Source of the DNA: Monocercomonoides exilis PA203
Lineage: Eukaryota; Protista; Preaxostyla
Assembly: GCA_001643675.2 (NCBI GenBank)
Contig: LSRY02000023.1
Location: 1,240,001 to 1,304,000, forward strand
Length of the DNA: 64,000 nucleotides
Direction of reading: 5' to 3'
The position numbers were made by a program, and so were the translations under genes. Below are positions 12,678 to 25,943 of the stretch, one piece after another. The notes beneath the pieces were generated by a model. The model saw nothing but the letters and a program-made list of their open reading frames with translations, made no database searches and had not been told where the DNA came from. Each line of letters begins with the position of its first letter. Within the stretch, counting starts at the first letter, position 1.

Positions 12678-15600
12678 ATGGAAGTTCCGATCTTTTTCAC
12701 TGGATCGATGTCAAGTGTCCTGCTTGACTTGAGGTCCATATTTCGTGCGGGACCGGATGATATACGAATTCCATCTTTCAATTTTTTCCAGCACTATACG
12801 CAAAAGATTGCCCCACTTTGTACTTCTGCAACAGATGGAAAAACAATCATCCTTCAAAATACTGCCAGATATTTCACAAAATATGTCAGTGACGGAGAAG
12901 CATCAATGTTCATGCATTTAACAAATATGTACGAATATTTTCGTTTGGATGAGGAGGTATTTATGAAGTATTTTTTCAAAATTGAAAAATAATTTAATAA
13001 TTTCATTTTGCTAAAATAGTTATTTCTGACTGCACTTGTGACATTTACAAGATATACGAGAATTGTTGGTCATCTTTTGCAAATTCGAACGGAATCAGAA
13101 CTATTCTACATTCTTGTTATTTGTATAATTTTATCGCTGAAAGTTTGAATAAATTTAAATTATAGAAAGTTCACCGTTTTGTTTTTTTTTGTTATTTTTG
13201 CTGGAAATTATTTTGCACCAAAGGGACTTATTGATGCACCAATAGATTCCAAAACAATTGCGAGGGCTGCAAAGCTTGAACCTTCAAGGATTTTTCATAA
13301 CGAGTACCAAATCATGATAACGTTAGGGTTCAGTTTATTTTTTCGCAAATCGGATGTTATATGCTTGGGGGATATTTATCCTCTTGATGCCATCCTTCAG
13401 CTATCATATTCGAGCGAAAAGCCAGACCAAACAACTATTCTGACGACGGTTGTTTCAATGGTGCATCCTCACCTCGAAAAATACCCACCTCAAATACACC
13501 CTGCCATCATCCAACAGCTTGCTGCCAGGCAGCAATTCCTCATCGACCAAAGCCAAGGATTGATCAACGTTGATCCGTCGCTGGCGTCGATGCAGCTGAA
13601 GACGCAGCAAGCCGCATCGTATTTGATATTCAACCAGCAGGCTGCCATCAACCCAGCAGCCTCCACCTTCACATTCACCCCCACCAACATTTCAGCATTT
13701 CCCTTCAACCCATTTCACCCCACCGCACCCTCACTCTCACCATCAACCGCACCACCTCACTTCACTTCAAAGGACCCTACAGAAACCTTCTTCGAGCTTT
13801 TCGTGAAGCCAACTATGCCCCAAACGAATCAGCCTCCTCCTCCTCAGAAAATAACTGCCGATGATGCTCAACAAGCATTTGTCCAAATGTCTTCAGAAAA
13901 GCTTTCTTTGAATCCGTTTCCCGCAAACTGCAAGCACGCACTCACACCGGAGAAACTGCAGCTTATTAAAAGAATGCAAAATGAAGTCAACATGAAAGTG
14001 ATGACTTGCTCTACAGAAAATGAAAAGGCGACAGAAAAACCAACAGAAGCAGAAACAGAAAAAGGAGTCGTAAAAGAAAAAGAGAAAGAGAAAACAAAAG
14101 ACAAAGAAAAACGAAAAAAGCGAAGCACAGACAAACAATCAAAAGAAGCGAAAAGGAAGAAGAAAGAAGCCAAAAAGACCCAGTTTCGGTACCAGCTGGG
14201 TGATGTTGAGCGTCTGATGACCCAATCTGATGCTCTGCTGGACAAAGGATACTTCACAGAGAATGGAGAAAACGGAGTGTTTGGCGCAAAACTGGGGAAG
14301 GACAGTTCTCTGAAGATGCTTCCGTATCAGTTTCCGCCTGTTGCTTCTGCTGACTCTGGTGCAAGTACTGCTGGCACAGCCAAGCCCAGCCGCTCTTCAA
14401 AGGAGAGGGGTTTGAGTGAAGGCAGCACAACGAAGAGCGAGAGAGAGCAGAGAAGAATGGAAGGAAGAGCAGGAGAACGCGATGTGAAGGAGATGAAAGG
14501 GAAGCAGTACGAAGCGGATTGCTTGGAGGAGATTGCGCAGCTGGAAGAGAAGAAATGGAAGGACACGAAGTGCCAGAAGTTCAAAGCGAAGTCCAAAAGA
14601 GCCATTGCAGACAGAGAAGAGAGAGAGAGAGAGAGAGAAAAAATACGAAGAGCACAAGCAAAGCGGAGGAAGATGGGGCTGGCTGGCTATTGCACCACGC
14701 CTTTGTCGCTCAGCCGGGGCTCTTCATCTTCTCTCAGCTCGACTTCAGATGGATCACACTGCCGATCGCACTCGCTCAACTTCACAGAGTCCTCAACAGA
14801 GCAGATGATGACGTCGGAGGAGTCGTCTCCTGTTTCTGTCGCTGTCTCTTTGGATTCGATTCAACAGCAGTCACAACAATCACAACAGCAGCAACAACAA
14901 CAGATGGCAATGATGAAAGAAGGAAGAGACAGAAAAGAGAGCAATAACAGGAGTGGGATGACATATTCAGATGGACAATGTGTCAATGACAAAGCAATTG
15001 AATGTCAGTCATCCAGCACTTCTGCCAGAGAAATGACAGCAAATGAACTCAGCTCAACAACAAACACACAAAATGCACTGGGAAGCACAGGAAATGGCGA
15101 TCCTTTAAGCAAAAGCCAGACTCAAAAGTCTTCTTCTTCTTCCACTTCTTCTGATGCTGCTGCAGTTCAGACTGGTGAAAATAATGCTAATAACGCTGCT
15201 GCTGTTGTGAATGGCACCACAAAAGAGATTAGCACACAGAAGAATGCAGCTGACAATCAACTGCAGCTGAATCAGATCATCACACAACTCAAAGAATATT
15301 CAATACAACAAGAGACAATCAGCTCAAATGGAAAAGGAAGCAATGGAAGCAATGGAATGAACGAACAAAACAACATTTATCTTCAAAATATCACAAAAGA
15401 GATGAAGAGGGGAGGAGATGTGATGTATGATCAAACAGATATGGATGAGCAGCATGTGATGAGGACGATGGCAGAGGAAGTGATGGAGATAGACAAAATG
15501 GAGGAGGAAGAGATCGAAGCAGAAGACGATGCAGAAGGAGAAAGAGAAAGAGAAGAAGGAGAAGGAGAAGAAGGCACAGAAGGGGAAGACGAAGACGAAG

Positions 15601-16661
15601 ATGAAGAGGACGACAATTTTGAAGAAGACGACGAAGACGAAGAAGAAGAAGAAGCATTTGAGCCGTTGATGGCGTCCTCTCCTGAGTCTCTTTTGGAGCA
15701 GCAGATGGAAGAGCAGCTGATGAGGGACGAAGAGGCTGAGATGGCATCGATGCTGCTGGAGGCGCAGATGGAGATGGAGGCCAACAGCAGAATGAGGATG
15801 ATGGGTGGAAGAAGAAGAGCCACCGGCAATGCAGAAGATGAAGATGATATTGTTGATGCTGAAGAAGAAGAAGAAGAAGACACAGATGAAAGAATGAAAA
15901 GTCCGACAGAAGCAGACAAGATGAAAGGAGTGAATGAGAACGATGTGCCATCTACAGATGACTCATCCCGTTGCAACAGCAGCGAAAGAGACGACAAAGA
16001 GACAAACACGTCGCAGAGTCTGAAGGAAATAGAACTGGCAGAGAAGAAAGAAGGAGAACGAGGAGAACGAGGAGAAAGAGGGGAAAGAGGAGAAATGGCA
16101 AGTGGAGGAGATGTGATTGTATCGTCGTTGGAGTATCTGCCTCCAGAAAGGAGTGGTGAAAGAGGACAAACAAACTCATCTGCTTCCTCTTCTTCTGCTT
16201 CTTCCTCTGCTTCTTCTTCGAATGCCTTTCCCAACACCTCTTCAAACGTTTATGCAAACTTCTATCCTTCTCTTCAACAAGCACAGTTTTATTATCAAAA
16301 TCAACCTTATCCAACACCTTCTTCTTCATCTGCTTCTGCATCTTCCTCTTCCTCTTCCTTTCCTTCTTCCTCTTCTTCTTCCTCTGCCTCTGCCTCTTCA
16401 ACAACTCAACCTTCCTCCCTCCCCTCGTCCTACCCCTTCCTCCACCCTTCTCATCCACTCGCACAGCATCTGCAGTCTCTTTCTCGTATCGCTGGCACTT
16501 CACTCGCCTTCCCATCAGAATATCAACTTCTTTCTCCATTTCATCCACAACACATCCTCTGCATGGGAATCACGTCACCCGTCGTTATTTCTACTTCTCC
16601 TTCTTCTTCTTCCTCTGCTTCTTCTGATAATTTTTCTGCTAATTCTTCCACTTCAATGCCT

Positions 16662-16692
<31 letters not shown>

Positions 16693-19600
16693 TCTCACCT
16701 TCCTCTTCTCCTTCTGCTCAGTCTGCTTTGAAGCCAACTCTCTGTTCATCGTCTCAAATGCAACTGGGCCAAGAATTAACACCATCTTCTTCTTCCTCTT
16801 CTTCTTCTCTTTCATCATCATCATCTTCTTCAAATGTTCCATCTTTCATTGATGCCACAACTGCTTCTTTGCTTGGCAATGTGGATGGAATGTTGACTGA
16901 AGAAATGTTAGCTTCTCTTTCTCAATCAAAAGCACTTCAGAATCTTCATCCTCAGCCTGTTATTCTTCCTCCTTCTGCTTCTTCTTCTTCTTCTTCTTCT
17001 TCTTCTTCTTCTTCTTCTTCTTCAGTCACTCGTCCTTCATCTGTCTTCTCTTCATCTGCCTCTTCTTCCTCTTCCTCCTCCTTCTCCAAAGAGTATGCTG
17101 AATATTCACTCGATGAGTCAGCTTCTGAACTGTCTGAAGAAAGCAATGCTTCTTCTTCTCCTTCTTCTCCTTCCTCCTCTTCTCCATCATCTTCTCCATC
17201 TTCCTCTTCCTCCTCTTCCTCTTCCTCTCAGTTCAGTTTGGCTTCAATTGAACTCTCGCCTTCGATGGACAAAAGCATCATGAATGAGAAAGATGGGCAG
17301 ATAATAACGTCATCACAGTACAATTATCTTGACTCGAAGGAAGAAAGAATGCGGAAGTTGGAGGCAGACGAGGCAATGAGGAGGAAAAGAGATGCGATTT
17401 TGCATGACACGTTGGAGAGGCAGCAACATAAACACATTCGAATGCGTAAGCACAGAAATGCACACAGAAGGAATGGGCAATACATTCATCATTATCCTCA
17501 TCATCGACGCCATCTTCATCATCTTCATCGTCCTCTTCTTCATCCTCATCATCATCCTCATCATCCTCCATGCAATGAAGACCAAAAGAGTGTCAGCAGC
17601 AGAAGCCAGCACACATCACACAGCAGTTCTCGGCACAGCTCCTTGTTGAATGCACCTTTAAGTGGCCATTCACAAGCACAGTCGCCAACATACTCTCTTT
17701 CTCACTCTCTGTCTCATTCCTCTGTCAATTCAGCTGCTCATTCGCCTTTGTACTCCCCTGCTCATTCATTGACTCATTCCTTGTCTCATTCAAGCGCACA
17801 CTCAATCTGCCTTTCTCAATCACCACATTCAATGAACAATGAACAGAATATAATCAGCACACAAAATGAGACTGTTAAATCTGCAAAGAAGCAGAGGTCA
17901 CCAATCAATGAGGTGAAAGGGAAGATGGAGAAGGATAAGAACATCACATTCACAGAAGATAAGAGAGACACAAAGATGGTTGGGGCATATTCTCATGTTC
18001 CTGTGAGTGGAGAGGAGAAAGAGAAAGAGAAAGAGAACAAAGGAGAAACACACAAATACATTACAATGAATGGGAGGAGCAAGAAGAATTCGGATGTCAA
18101 TGGGAAATCTGTTGAATCAGAACAGACACAGCTGACGCAGATGAAGAATCAGCACGCACATTATCATGTGCATTGTCATAGACACACCAGAACAAATGAT
18201 GAAGACAATCAAACAGGGAAACAACATCAGATAGGAGAAGAAGGAAGAGAAGAAGAAGAAGGAAGAGAAGGAAAAGCATCACGTATTGCTTTGTCTTTGA
18301 GTGACAAGAAGGATAGAATGAATCTGAACAGTTCTGTTGGCTCTTCTTCTTCTCGTGTTTCTCTTTCTTCACATAATTCACATAATTCATCAAATACAAA
18401 GCATCCTGTTGATTCCATTCAATCACGCAATTCCAGTCAAACCAGCAGTATGTCTGTTCATAAGAATCAAAAAGATCAGCAGTATAAGTTTAAGCATCAG
18501 CATCAATCTAAACATCATAGCAATAGTAGAAGCATAAGTGTTAGCACAAGTGAAAGTAGAAGCAGAAGTTCGAGTAGAAGTGGAAGTAGAAGTGAAAGCA
18601 GCAGTTGTGATGAAAGCAGTGTGTTTCACTCACACTCTTCTCATCTTCCTCATCAGCACATTCATAGCCATCGTCATCAACAACATTATAAACGTGAACA
18701 TGATAATGAAAAGAATGATGAACAAGATGATCAGCATAATCATAACACCCTTCTTCCTCTTCCTCTTTCTCGTCATCATCATCATCATCCTCATCGTCGT
18801 CTTCATCATCATCGCAATGGTCTTCATCTTCGCCATCATCCAATCAGCAGCAAGCAGAGAAGGATATATGCAGAGCCACAATCGCTGGCAGAGACGATGA
18901 AGCTGATGGAGTTGGATGCGAAGAGGAAAGAGAAGGAGAGAGAGAAGAAGAGGAAGGAAGAGGAAGAGGAAGAGAAGAGGAGGTTGGAGAAGTTGGAAGA
19001 GGAGAGAAAGAGAGAGAGAGAAGAAAGGAAGAAAGCAGGGGAAGAAGATGGAGAAGAAGACGAATATGAAGATGAAGAAGAAGCAGAAGAATATGACGAA
19101 GAATATGAAGAGGGAATTGAAATTGAAGAAGGAGATGGAGAAGGAGAAGAAGATGATGATGATGTTCAATTTGGTGAAGAACTCAACAAAACGCATCCAA
19201 TTCTCAAAGCAGAAGAAGATGAATCAGCTAGTTCTTCATTTGTGTTAGTCTCTCATTCGTCATCTTCTTCCTCTTCTTCTTCTTCTTCTATTTCTTCTAT
19301 TTCTTCCTCCTCCTCTGCCGTTTCTTCCTCTTCCGTTTCTTCTTCTCCACCATCCCATTCCCCCAACCAACCCCATCTTCTTCATCTTCTCCTTCCAGAA
19401 AGCACTCATTCTTCTCCCGTCATCTCCAGCGAACATAATTCTTCTCTCTTTCTGAATGAAACTAAGTTCCCGATGTTTGTCCAGCCACTGCATGCTTCTT
19501 ATGCCTCTTCTCATCCATCTGACAGAAAAGACAGCATTTCTGATGATTCTGATGATTTTGAAACTTCTTCTCAAAGCAGCTATTTTGAGAAGGAAGATGA

Positions 19601-21380
19601 TGATGAATCACTTTTGTTTGTGAATGATAGCAACATTGCTAATGCTAATGGGAATGCTTCTTCTTCCTCTTCCTCTTCCTCTTCCTCTTCCTCTTCTATT
19701 ACAAGTAGCTCATTTCATCCTCTTCCTCATTCTCTATCTCAATCCAAACCTACTTCCAACACTCAATTTATTCCTCAAAACAGCCAAATGCAACAAAAAC
19801 ATGAGCCATCTTCATTTTCTTCTGATATTTCTTCTCTTTCCTCTTCCTCCTCTCCTTCTTCCCCTTCTTTTTCTCCTCCTTCTTCTCCTCTTCCTTCTTC
19901 TCCTTCTTCCACCTCAACTCCTCAACTTCCTTCTTCTCTTCCTCCTTCTGATATTTCTGATAGCGATGCTTTTACTGTTGCTGTCCCTTCCTCTTTCTCT
20001 CCTTCATCTTCTTCTTCCTCTTCTGCTTCTTCTGATTATGAGGAAGATGAAGATGAAGAAAGTGATGATGAAGAGGAGGAGGAGGAAGAAGAAGAAGAAG
20101 AGGAAGAAGAAGAGGATGATGAAGACAACGATGATTATGTTATTTCTTCTCCTCCTTGTTCTCCATCTTCTCCATCTTCCCCTGATTCTTCTTCCTCCTC
20201 CTCCTCTCCAACACCTTCTTTTCTCCCTCTCCCTCGCTCTTATTCTGCCTTCCCTCCTCTTCAACGAGCATTCAATCCTCAAAAATCGAGTGTTTCTTCT
20301 TCTTCTTCCACCTCTTCTTCCACCTCTTCTTCTTCTTCTTCAATCAACCCTTCTTTTGAGAGTCAAAAGTATTCTCTTCACATTCATCCACAACAATATC
20401 AGTACAATCAGCAATTTAGCCAACAGAAATATAATCCGTTTAATCATCTAAATCAACTGAATCAACAGAATAATCAAAATAAACAGCAGAATAAACAGCA
20501 GAATAAGCAGATGATCCAACTGCAGATACCAAAACGAGCACAAATTGATCCTTCGCTCTATTTCACTCAGCACGAAGAGAGTTTTGGATGGAGAATGAAG
20601 ATTAACAATTCATCATCATCTTCATCTTCCTCCTCCTCTCCTTCTCCTTCTCCTTCTCCTTCTTCTCCTTCTTCCTCTTCTCCCTCTTCTCCCTCTTCCT
20701 CTCCTTCATCAACATCATCATCTTCTTCTTCTTCTCTTTCTCTCCATCAGATGCAGATGAAAGAGAAGACTCCTCAAAAGGAGAAGAAGAAAAGCCCATT
20801 TTGTGGCATTTCTGCTGTCGTCGATGCTGCTCCTATGCAAAATCATTCTTCTTCTTCTTCTTCCTCTTCTTCTTCTTCTAATTCTTCCTCTTCCTCTTCC
20901 TCTTCTTCCTCTAATTCTTCTTCTTTCTCTCTCTTCTCTTCTGTCCAGCCAAAAGTGACTGCCATTCGCAATCACATTGTTCAGTCTTTTCAGCCTTTCT
21001 CTTCTCATTTCTCATCTGACAACTCTGAAACAACCAAACAATCTTCTCCTCTTCCTCATTCTGATTCAAATTCTTCTTCTTCTTCTTTATCTTCCTCTTC
21101 TTCTTCAATTTCTTCATCATCATCTTCTTCTACCATTGCTAAGCAACAAGATATTTCCTTCCCTCTTTCGATTCCTCTTCCTCCTGCTCCTCCTCTTATT
21201 CATGGCCCATCTCCTTCTTCTTCCTCCTCTCCTTCCTCCTCTCCTTCTCCTTCTCCATCCAATTCTAATTCAACTGATTATATCTCTTCTAATACCTCGT
21301 CTTCTAAGCAGACGCACACCCATCTCAGTGTCAATGCTGCTCCTTGGTTTCCTTCCAAAAAGAGACAACAACAAATTTAG
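12678..21380 (+). CDS. Giant cyclin-domain (Pho80/PCL-like N-terminal cyclin fold) protein with ~2,600-aa Ser/Glu/His-rich tail and C-terminal PAM2-like motif
   Basis: Exons 12678-12956, 13020-13142 and 13224-21380 join in frame via GT-AG introns. The spliced product reads YFRLDEE|LFLTALVTFTRY...LFYILVICIILSLK|GLIDAPIDSKTIARAAKLEPSRIFHNEYQIMITLGFSLFF, which fits the cyclin-box pattern with the conserved K and E..(I/L)..L.F.L. The end reads HLSVNAAPWFPSKKRQQQI*. Confidence 0.65.
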
Positions 21381-21874
21381 AATTATTTTTCTTTATTTTT
21401 CTTTTTTCTTTTTTCTTTTTTATTTTTTATTTTTAATTTTCATTTTATTCTTTTATTTTTTGAATTTTTATTTTGGTATATTGAAGTTATTTCAATAAGG
21501 TTATTAAAAATTATTTTTTTTTTTTTTTATTTCTTCTTAATTTTGTATTTGGAGTGTTATCTGAATGTTCAATCTTGTTTTTTTCGAATTCAAGTATTTA
21601 TTGATTTTTTTAGTTAATTTTTTATTTTATTTTATTTTTATAAAATTAAAGGTATTTTTTATTTATTTTATGTGAAGTTTTATTCGTAGTTATTTATCCT
21701 TTTGTGTTTTTTTTTTTTTTGTTTATTTTTGATACATTGTGATTTTTATTTCGAAAATATTATGTAAAGATTTCTGTTTTTGATAATAATTTTAAATTGA
21801 TTTTATTCTCTTTCTTTTGAAATTTAGTTTAACTTCGTTTCTAATTTATTAATGTTAAGTCTTTACTCTTTTCC

Positions 21875-21939
21875 TTTCTTCTTTCTTTCTTTCTTTCTTT
21901 CTCTTTCTTTCTTTCTCTTTCTTTCTTTCTTTCTTTCTT
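21875..21939. repeat. (TTTC)n microsatellite
   Basis: Tandem TTTC units with two CT interruptions, read directly. Confidence 0.9.
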
Positions 21940-22386
21940 AAAAATTAAAATTTGTTGTTGCTGTTTTATGGTTATTTTTGTTGATGTTCTTTACAAGTTT
22001 TATTTTGTTGGTTTATACATTATGCTATCCATCTGCACATCAAATAGTTTTATGTTTGTTATTCTGATGCAATGCATCCACTATTTATTTGCGTGTATAT
22101 ATGTTTCCATAAGAACTTCATTATGCATGCATGATATATTTCTCTTTGTTGCGTATAGTTTGTGCGTTTGCAATCGTAGTAATTTTAACATATCTAAATT
22201 CTGTAAACCAATTCATTAGTTTTTTGTAAGTCTTTCGTGTTTTAAGCAGGTTATTCCTGCTAAATCGCTTTTTTCACGCTTCGTTGCATTTTGATTTCTC
22301 CGGTTTTGTTTTGTTCGTATCGTCTTGCACTCGCAAAGACAACTTGCGTTATCGATCACATACATAATTGCGTGTCGTGTTTTTTC

Positions 22387-25280
22387 ATGAATGTTTTTTT
22401 TCAATATTTTCGAAAGCGAAAGGAATTCGGTATAACAACAAATAATCTTTCTTAAAAAATTTTTAATTCTCTATTGATTATAATTTGCATAATGTTAAAT
22501 AAATAATTCAAGGCCGTCCTTGCCATTTTTCTGAAAGTGGGCCATTTCTTCTTTTCGAATCGAAACCTGATCCAAAGAAAAAGGCCAAATATCAAACCCC
22601 TCCAACAATAGATGTTGGAGTCCAATGCCAGCCTGATTTAAGTGAGCATGATGTAAACACTGAAAGATCAATTCTTGTTCACACAGGCATGAATCATGTG
22701 GAAGGAGGATGGCCAAAAGATATTGATCCAAATGAACTTGACCACATTGCGATGTTTAGAAGAAAAGTTTTGATAGGATCTTCAATGTTTCATCCGAATA
22801 ATCAATATTATTTTTATTTTTTTAAAAGGTTGAAAGAGATGAATCTTATACTGGGCAAATACTTTCTAAATCCAGAGAGATGTCCAAATTCCTTGCTCAA
22901 AACGTTTCATTGGATATATATCAGAGATATTTTTCTGATTATACAAGTGATTATACTGCTGAAACTCCTCGAATGCAAGCGTTAACTTCGATTAGGTTTT
23001 ATTAATGAATTACTCTAAATTTTTTCGAAAAAAATTTTTTTGTTGTTGTCAATTACTAACTAATTTAAACAGAGATCCAGATTCGAAAATTTCCAGGTGG
23101 GTTTCTGGAACGTCATGGCATCCTGATGAGCCAAACATCGTTGCTGTGTCATATGAATCACTACCAATGCAAACATCTACACCCCATACACCAGTCTGCA
23201 GTTATGTCTGGGATTTACAGAATTTGTCAACTCCGCTGGTTTGATTGTTCTTAAAGGAAGATTATTTGTTTTTATTTATTACTCAATATTTATTCGTCAT
23301 TTAGTATACCATGACACCTGCATCTTTATTGTGTTGCTTGGCATTCAATCCAAAGGATTCACATGTCATTGTGGGTGGCTGTTACAACGGCTTAATATGT
23401 TTGATTTATTTGTCATTTGTTGTTCTGATTGTTTTATTTTTGTCATCAAAAAATTGTCTTATTTAATCATCTTCCTCTCTCTCTCTCTTTCTATCTATCT
23501 ATCTATCTATCTCTCTCTCTCTCTCTCTTTTTTTTTTTTCGATGCCTCTTTCACATTCACCCCATCTTTTTCTATCAGCATTCTGGGATCTCCGCAAGAA
23601 GGAGACCACGCCTCTGGAGTCCTCGCCGATCGAGCGCTGTCACCACGACCCTGTCACACAAGTGGTGTGGGTGCAGTCGAAGACAGGGACAGAATGTGTC
23701 TCTCTTTCAACAGACTCGGCGGTGATGTGGTGGGACATTCGGAAAGTGTCCGAGCCGATCGACACGATGGAAGTGCTGAACACAACCGACGGGCAGAAGC
23801 TGGGGCCAACTGCTGTCGATTACGACCCGGCTTTTGGGGTATGAGTGAAATTGTTACTGAGATGTGAAAGAAGGAAAAGAGAATGTATTGTTTAGTTTTT
23901 GAAATCAAATTAAATTACCATAAATAAAAGTATTTCTTTTTATTATTGTTTTCAATATTCATTCTCTTTCTTCTTCTTCTTCCTCTTCTTCTTCTTCTTT
24001 CCAACAGCCCTCCAACTTCCTCGTTGGCACCGAGCAAGGTCTCATCGTCTCCTGCAACCGGAAAGCGAAGACAACTACAGAGCGTCTCTCACACCCGTAC
24101 ATCGGGCACATCGGCCCTGTCTACTCCATCCAGCGCAACCCAGCCGACGCGCGCTTCTTCCTCTCCACAGGCGACGTGGCTGCGCGTGTGTGGGCGTCGG
24201 GGCTGCACCACACGCCCATCCTCACTCCGTCTTACGACTCGCAGTTCGTCACGTGTGGCAGATGGTCTCCGACTCGCCCTTCACTCGCGATGGTCGGTAC
24301 ATCCAGTGGGGCAGTCGGTGTGTGGGATGTACTTGCCCAGCAGAAGGTGCTGACTGCACAGATCACAGAGAGCGTGTCGTTTGGGCTGGTGACGCTCGAA
24401 ATGCACAGCTCGGGGAGATGGATGGCCACGGGGACGACTGATGGATCAGGTATGTTGTTGAAGATAATGAAATGAAATGAAATAAAATATGAAAAAAAAA
24501 GAAGTGATTGTTTATTGTACTCATTTTTTTCATTGAACTGATTGGGGTTTTATTTTTTGAAAATCATTCAATATTACCTGTATCATTTAAACATTTCTCT
24601 TTCTTCGTCCTTCTCCTTTATTCCCTCTTATTCCAGTCTACATCCACGAACTGTCCGACTCTCTGTGCATTCCCAAGGCAAACGAGAAAGCTGAGCTTGT
24701 GGAGTCACTCGAGAGAGAAGTGCAGAGAGAAAAGGACATCGCCCCAAAACTCAGAGAAATCCTGGCAAATGGCGAGCGGCAGGCGAAGCTGTTCCAATCG
24801 TCTGTCGCTTTTGATTCTGCTACAAGCGCATCTTCTTCTTCTTCTTCTTCTTCTTCCACTTCTTCATCAACTTCCTCCTCCTCTTCATCGTCTTCTTCTT
24901 CTTCACCTGGTTCCACTTCTTCAGCAAGTGATGCTCTGTTTACTGGCGTCCCTGCTGTCATTCCTTACTCCAATGTGACTCCTGGAATTGAAGGCATTTC
25001 TGGTTTTCCTATTTCCTCTTCTTCCTCCTCTTCCTCATCCTCATCATCATCATCATCTTCTTCTTCTTCTTCTTTCTCCCAATGGCCCTCAACCTCTGTC
25101 TATGGCCCCGATGCGTTTGCGGCGTATCGAGTGAATGAAGAAGAGATTGCAGCGATTGAAAAGGACTTCTTTGCGAAGATGGAAGAGGCGATGGCTGAAG
25201 AAGAGGAAGACTCAGACGACGAAAGCTTTCTGTCGCAGGGGGACTTCACAATTTCAGAGGATGAAGAACGCACAGGATGA
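22387..25280 (+). CDS. DNAI2: Outer-arm dynein intermediate chain 2 (IC2/IC70-type, WD40), multi-exon
   Basis: Exon 1 [15 protein letters not shown] splices (intron 22430-22512) to GRPCHFSE...SEHDVNTER...[15 protein letters not shown], which are DNAI2 signatures. Later WD40 segments: [58 protein letters not shown]. Stop TGA at 25278-25280. Confidence 0.93.
23475..23527. repeat. Compound (CT)n/(ATCT)n microsatellite inside a DNAI2 intron
   Basis: Read directly. Confidence 0.85.
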
Positions 25281-25319
25281 GAAGGAGTGAAGGAGTGAAG
25301 GAGTGAAGGAGTGAAGGAG
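25281..25319. repeat. (GAAGGAGT)x~5 tandem repeat directly after the DNAI2 stop
   Basis: Read directly. Confidence 0.85.
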
Positions 25320-25943
25320 AGAAGAGGGGAGTGGGGCTCATTTCATCATTCATTTCATTCAATTCATTCTTGTTGGATTGAGATGCTGTTTTATTTTTAG
25401 AAAGAATTTTTTTTTCATTTTTATTTTTTTATTTATGTTTCTTCTCTTTGTCGAAAAGAAGACATGAAATTTTCTTCATTTTGTGCATATCTTGTTTTAA
25501 CACCTCTCAATGTCTCATTTCAAATGCATCTTTACAAATTGAATTTTTTGATATGTTTCAAGGGAATGAGGAAGGCATTTTTCATACGCGTTTTTAAAAT
25601 TATTTCTGATATTATTGAAAAATAAATACAAAGTTAAAAAGAAAAAGAAGACAGAGCTCATTAACATTTTTCTGATATGTTTACAGAATTTGTTAAAATG
25701 AAGCTAAAAAAGAGGTGAATGAAAGTGAAATCACTCACATTAACGAGATGAAAGCTGGGGAAATGGAATTGTGATAACAGAAGAGCAAAACAGACTCGTG
25801 GATGATAAAATAAGGAAGAGATTACTGTTTTTTCTTTTTAATAAAATTACATAAATTTCAAAAAAGTGACAAATAAAAAGCTAAGTTATAAGAAAAAAAA
25901 TTAAAACTAAGATATGTGTAAAAAGACATTAGAAGATGCATTG

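Noticed and set aside
13490-21498. Overlapping ORFs within the cyclin-like gene
   Set aside because: Poly-Leu/Lys/Met translations of microsatellite tracts in alternate frames, with no domains.
22245-22261. Small hairpin agcagg-ttatt-cctgct upstream of DNAI2
   Set aside because: A 6-bp stem is expected by chance; no ncRNA motifs recognised.
1-25280. Flagellar gene cluster (SPAG17 + DNAI2)
   Set aside because: Two flagellar genes separated by an unrelated gene is unremarkable in a flagellate genome.
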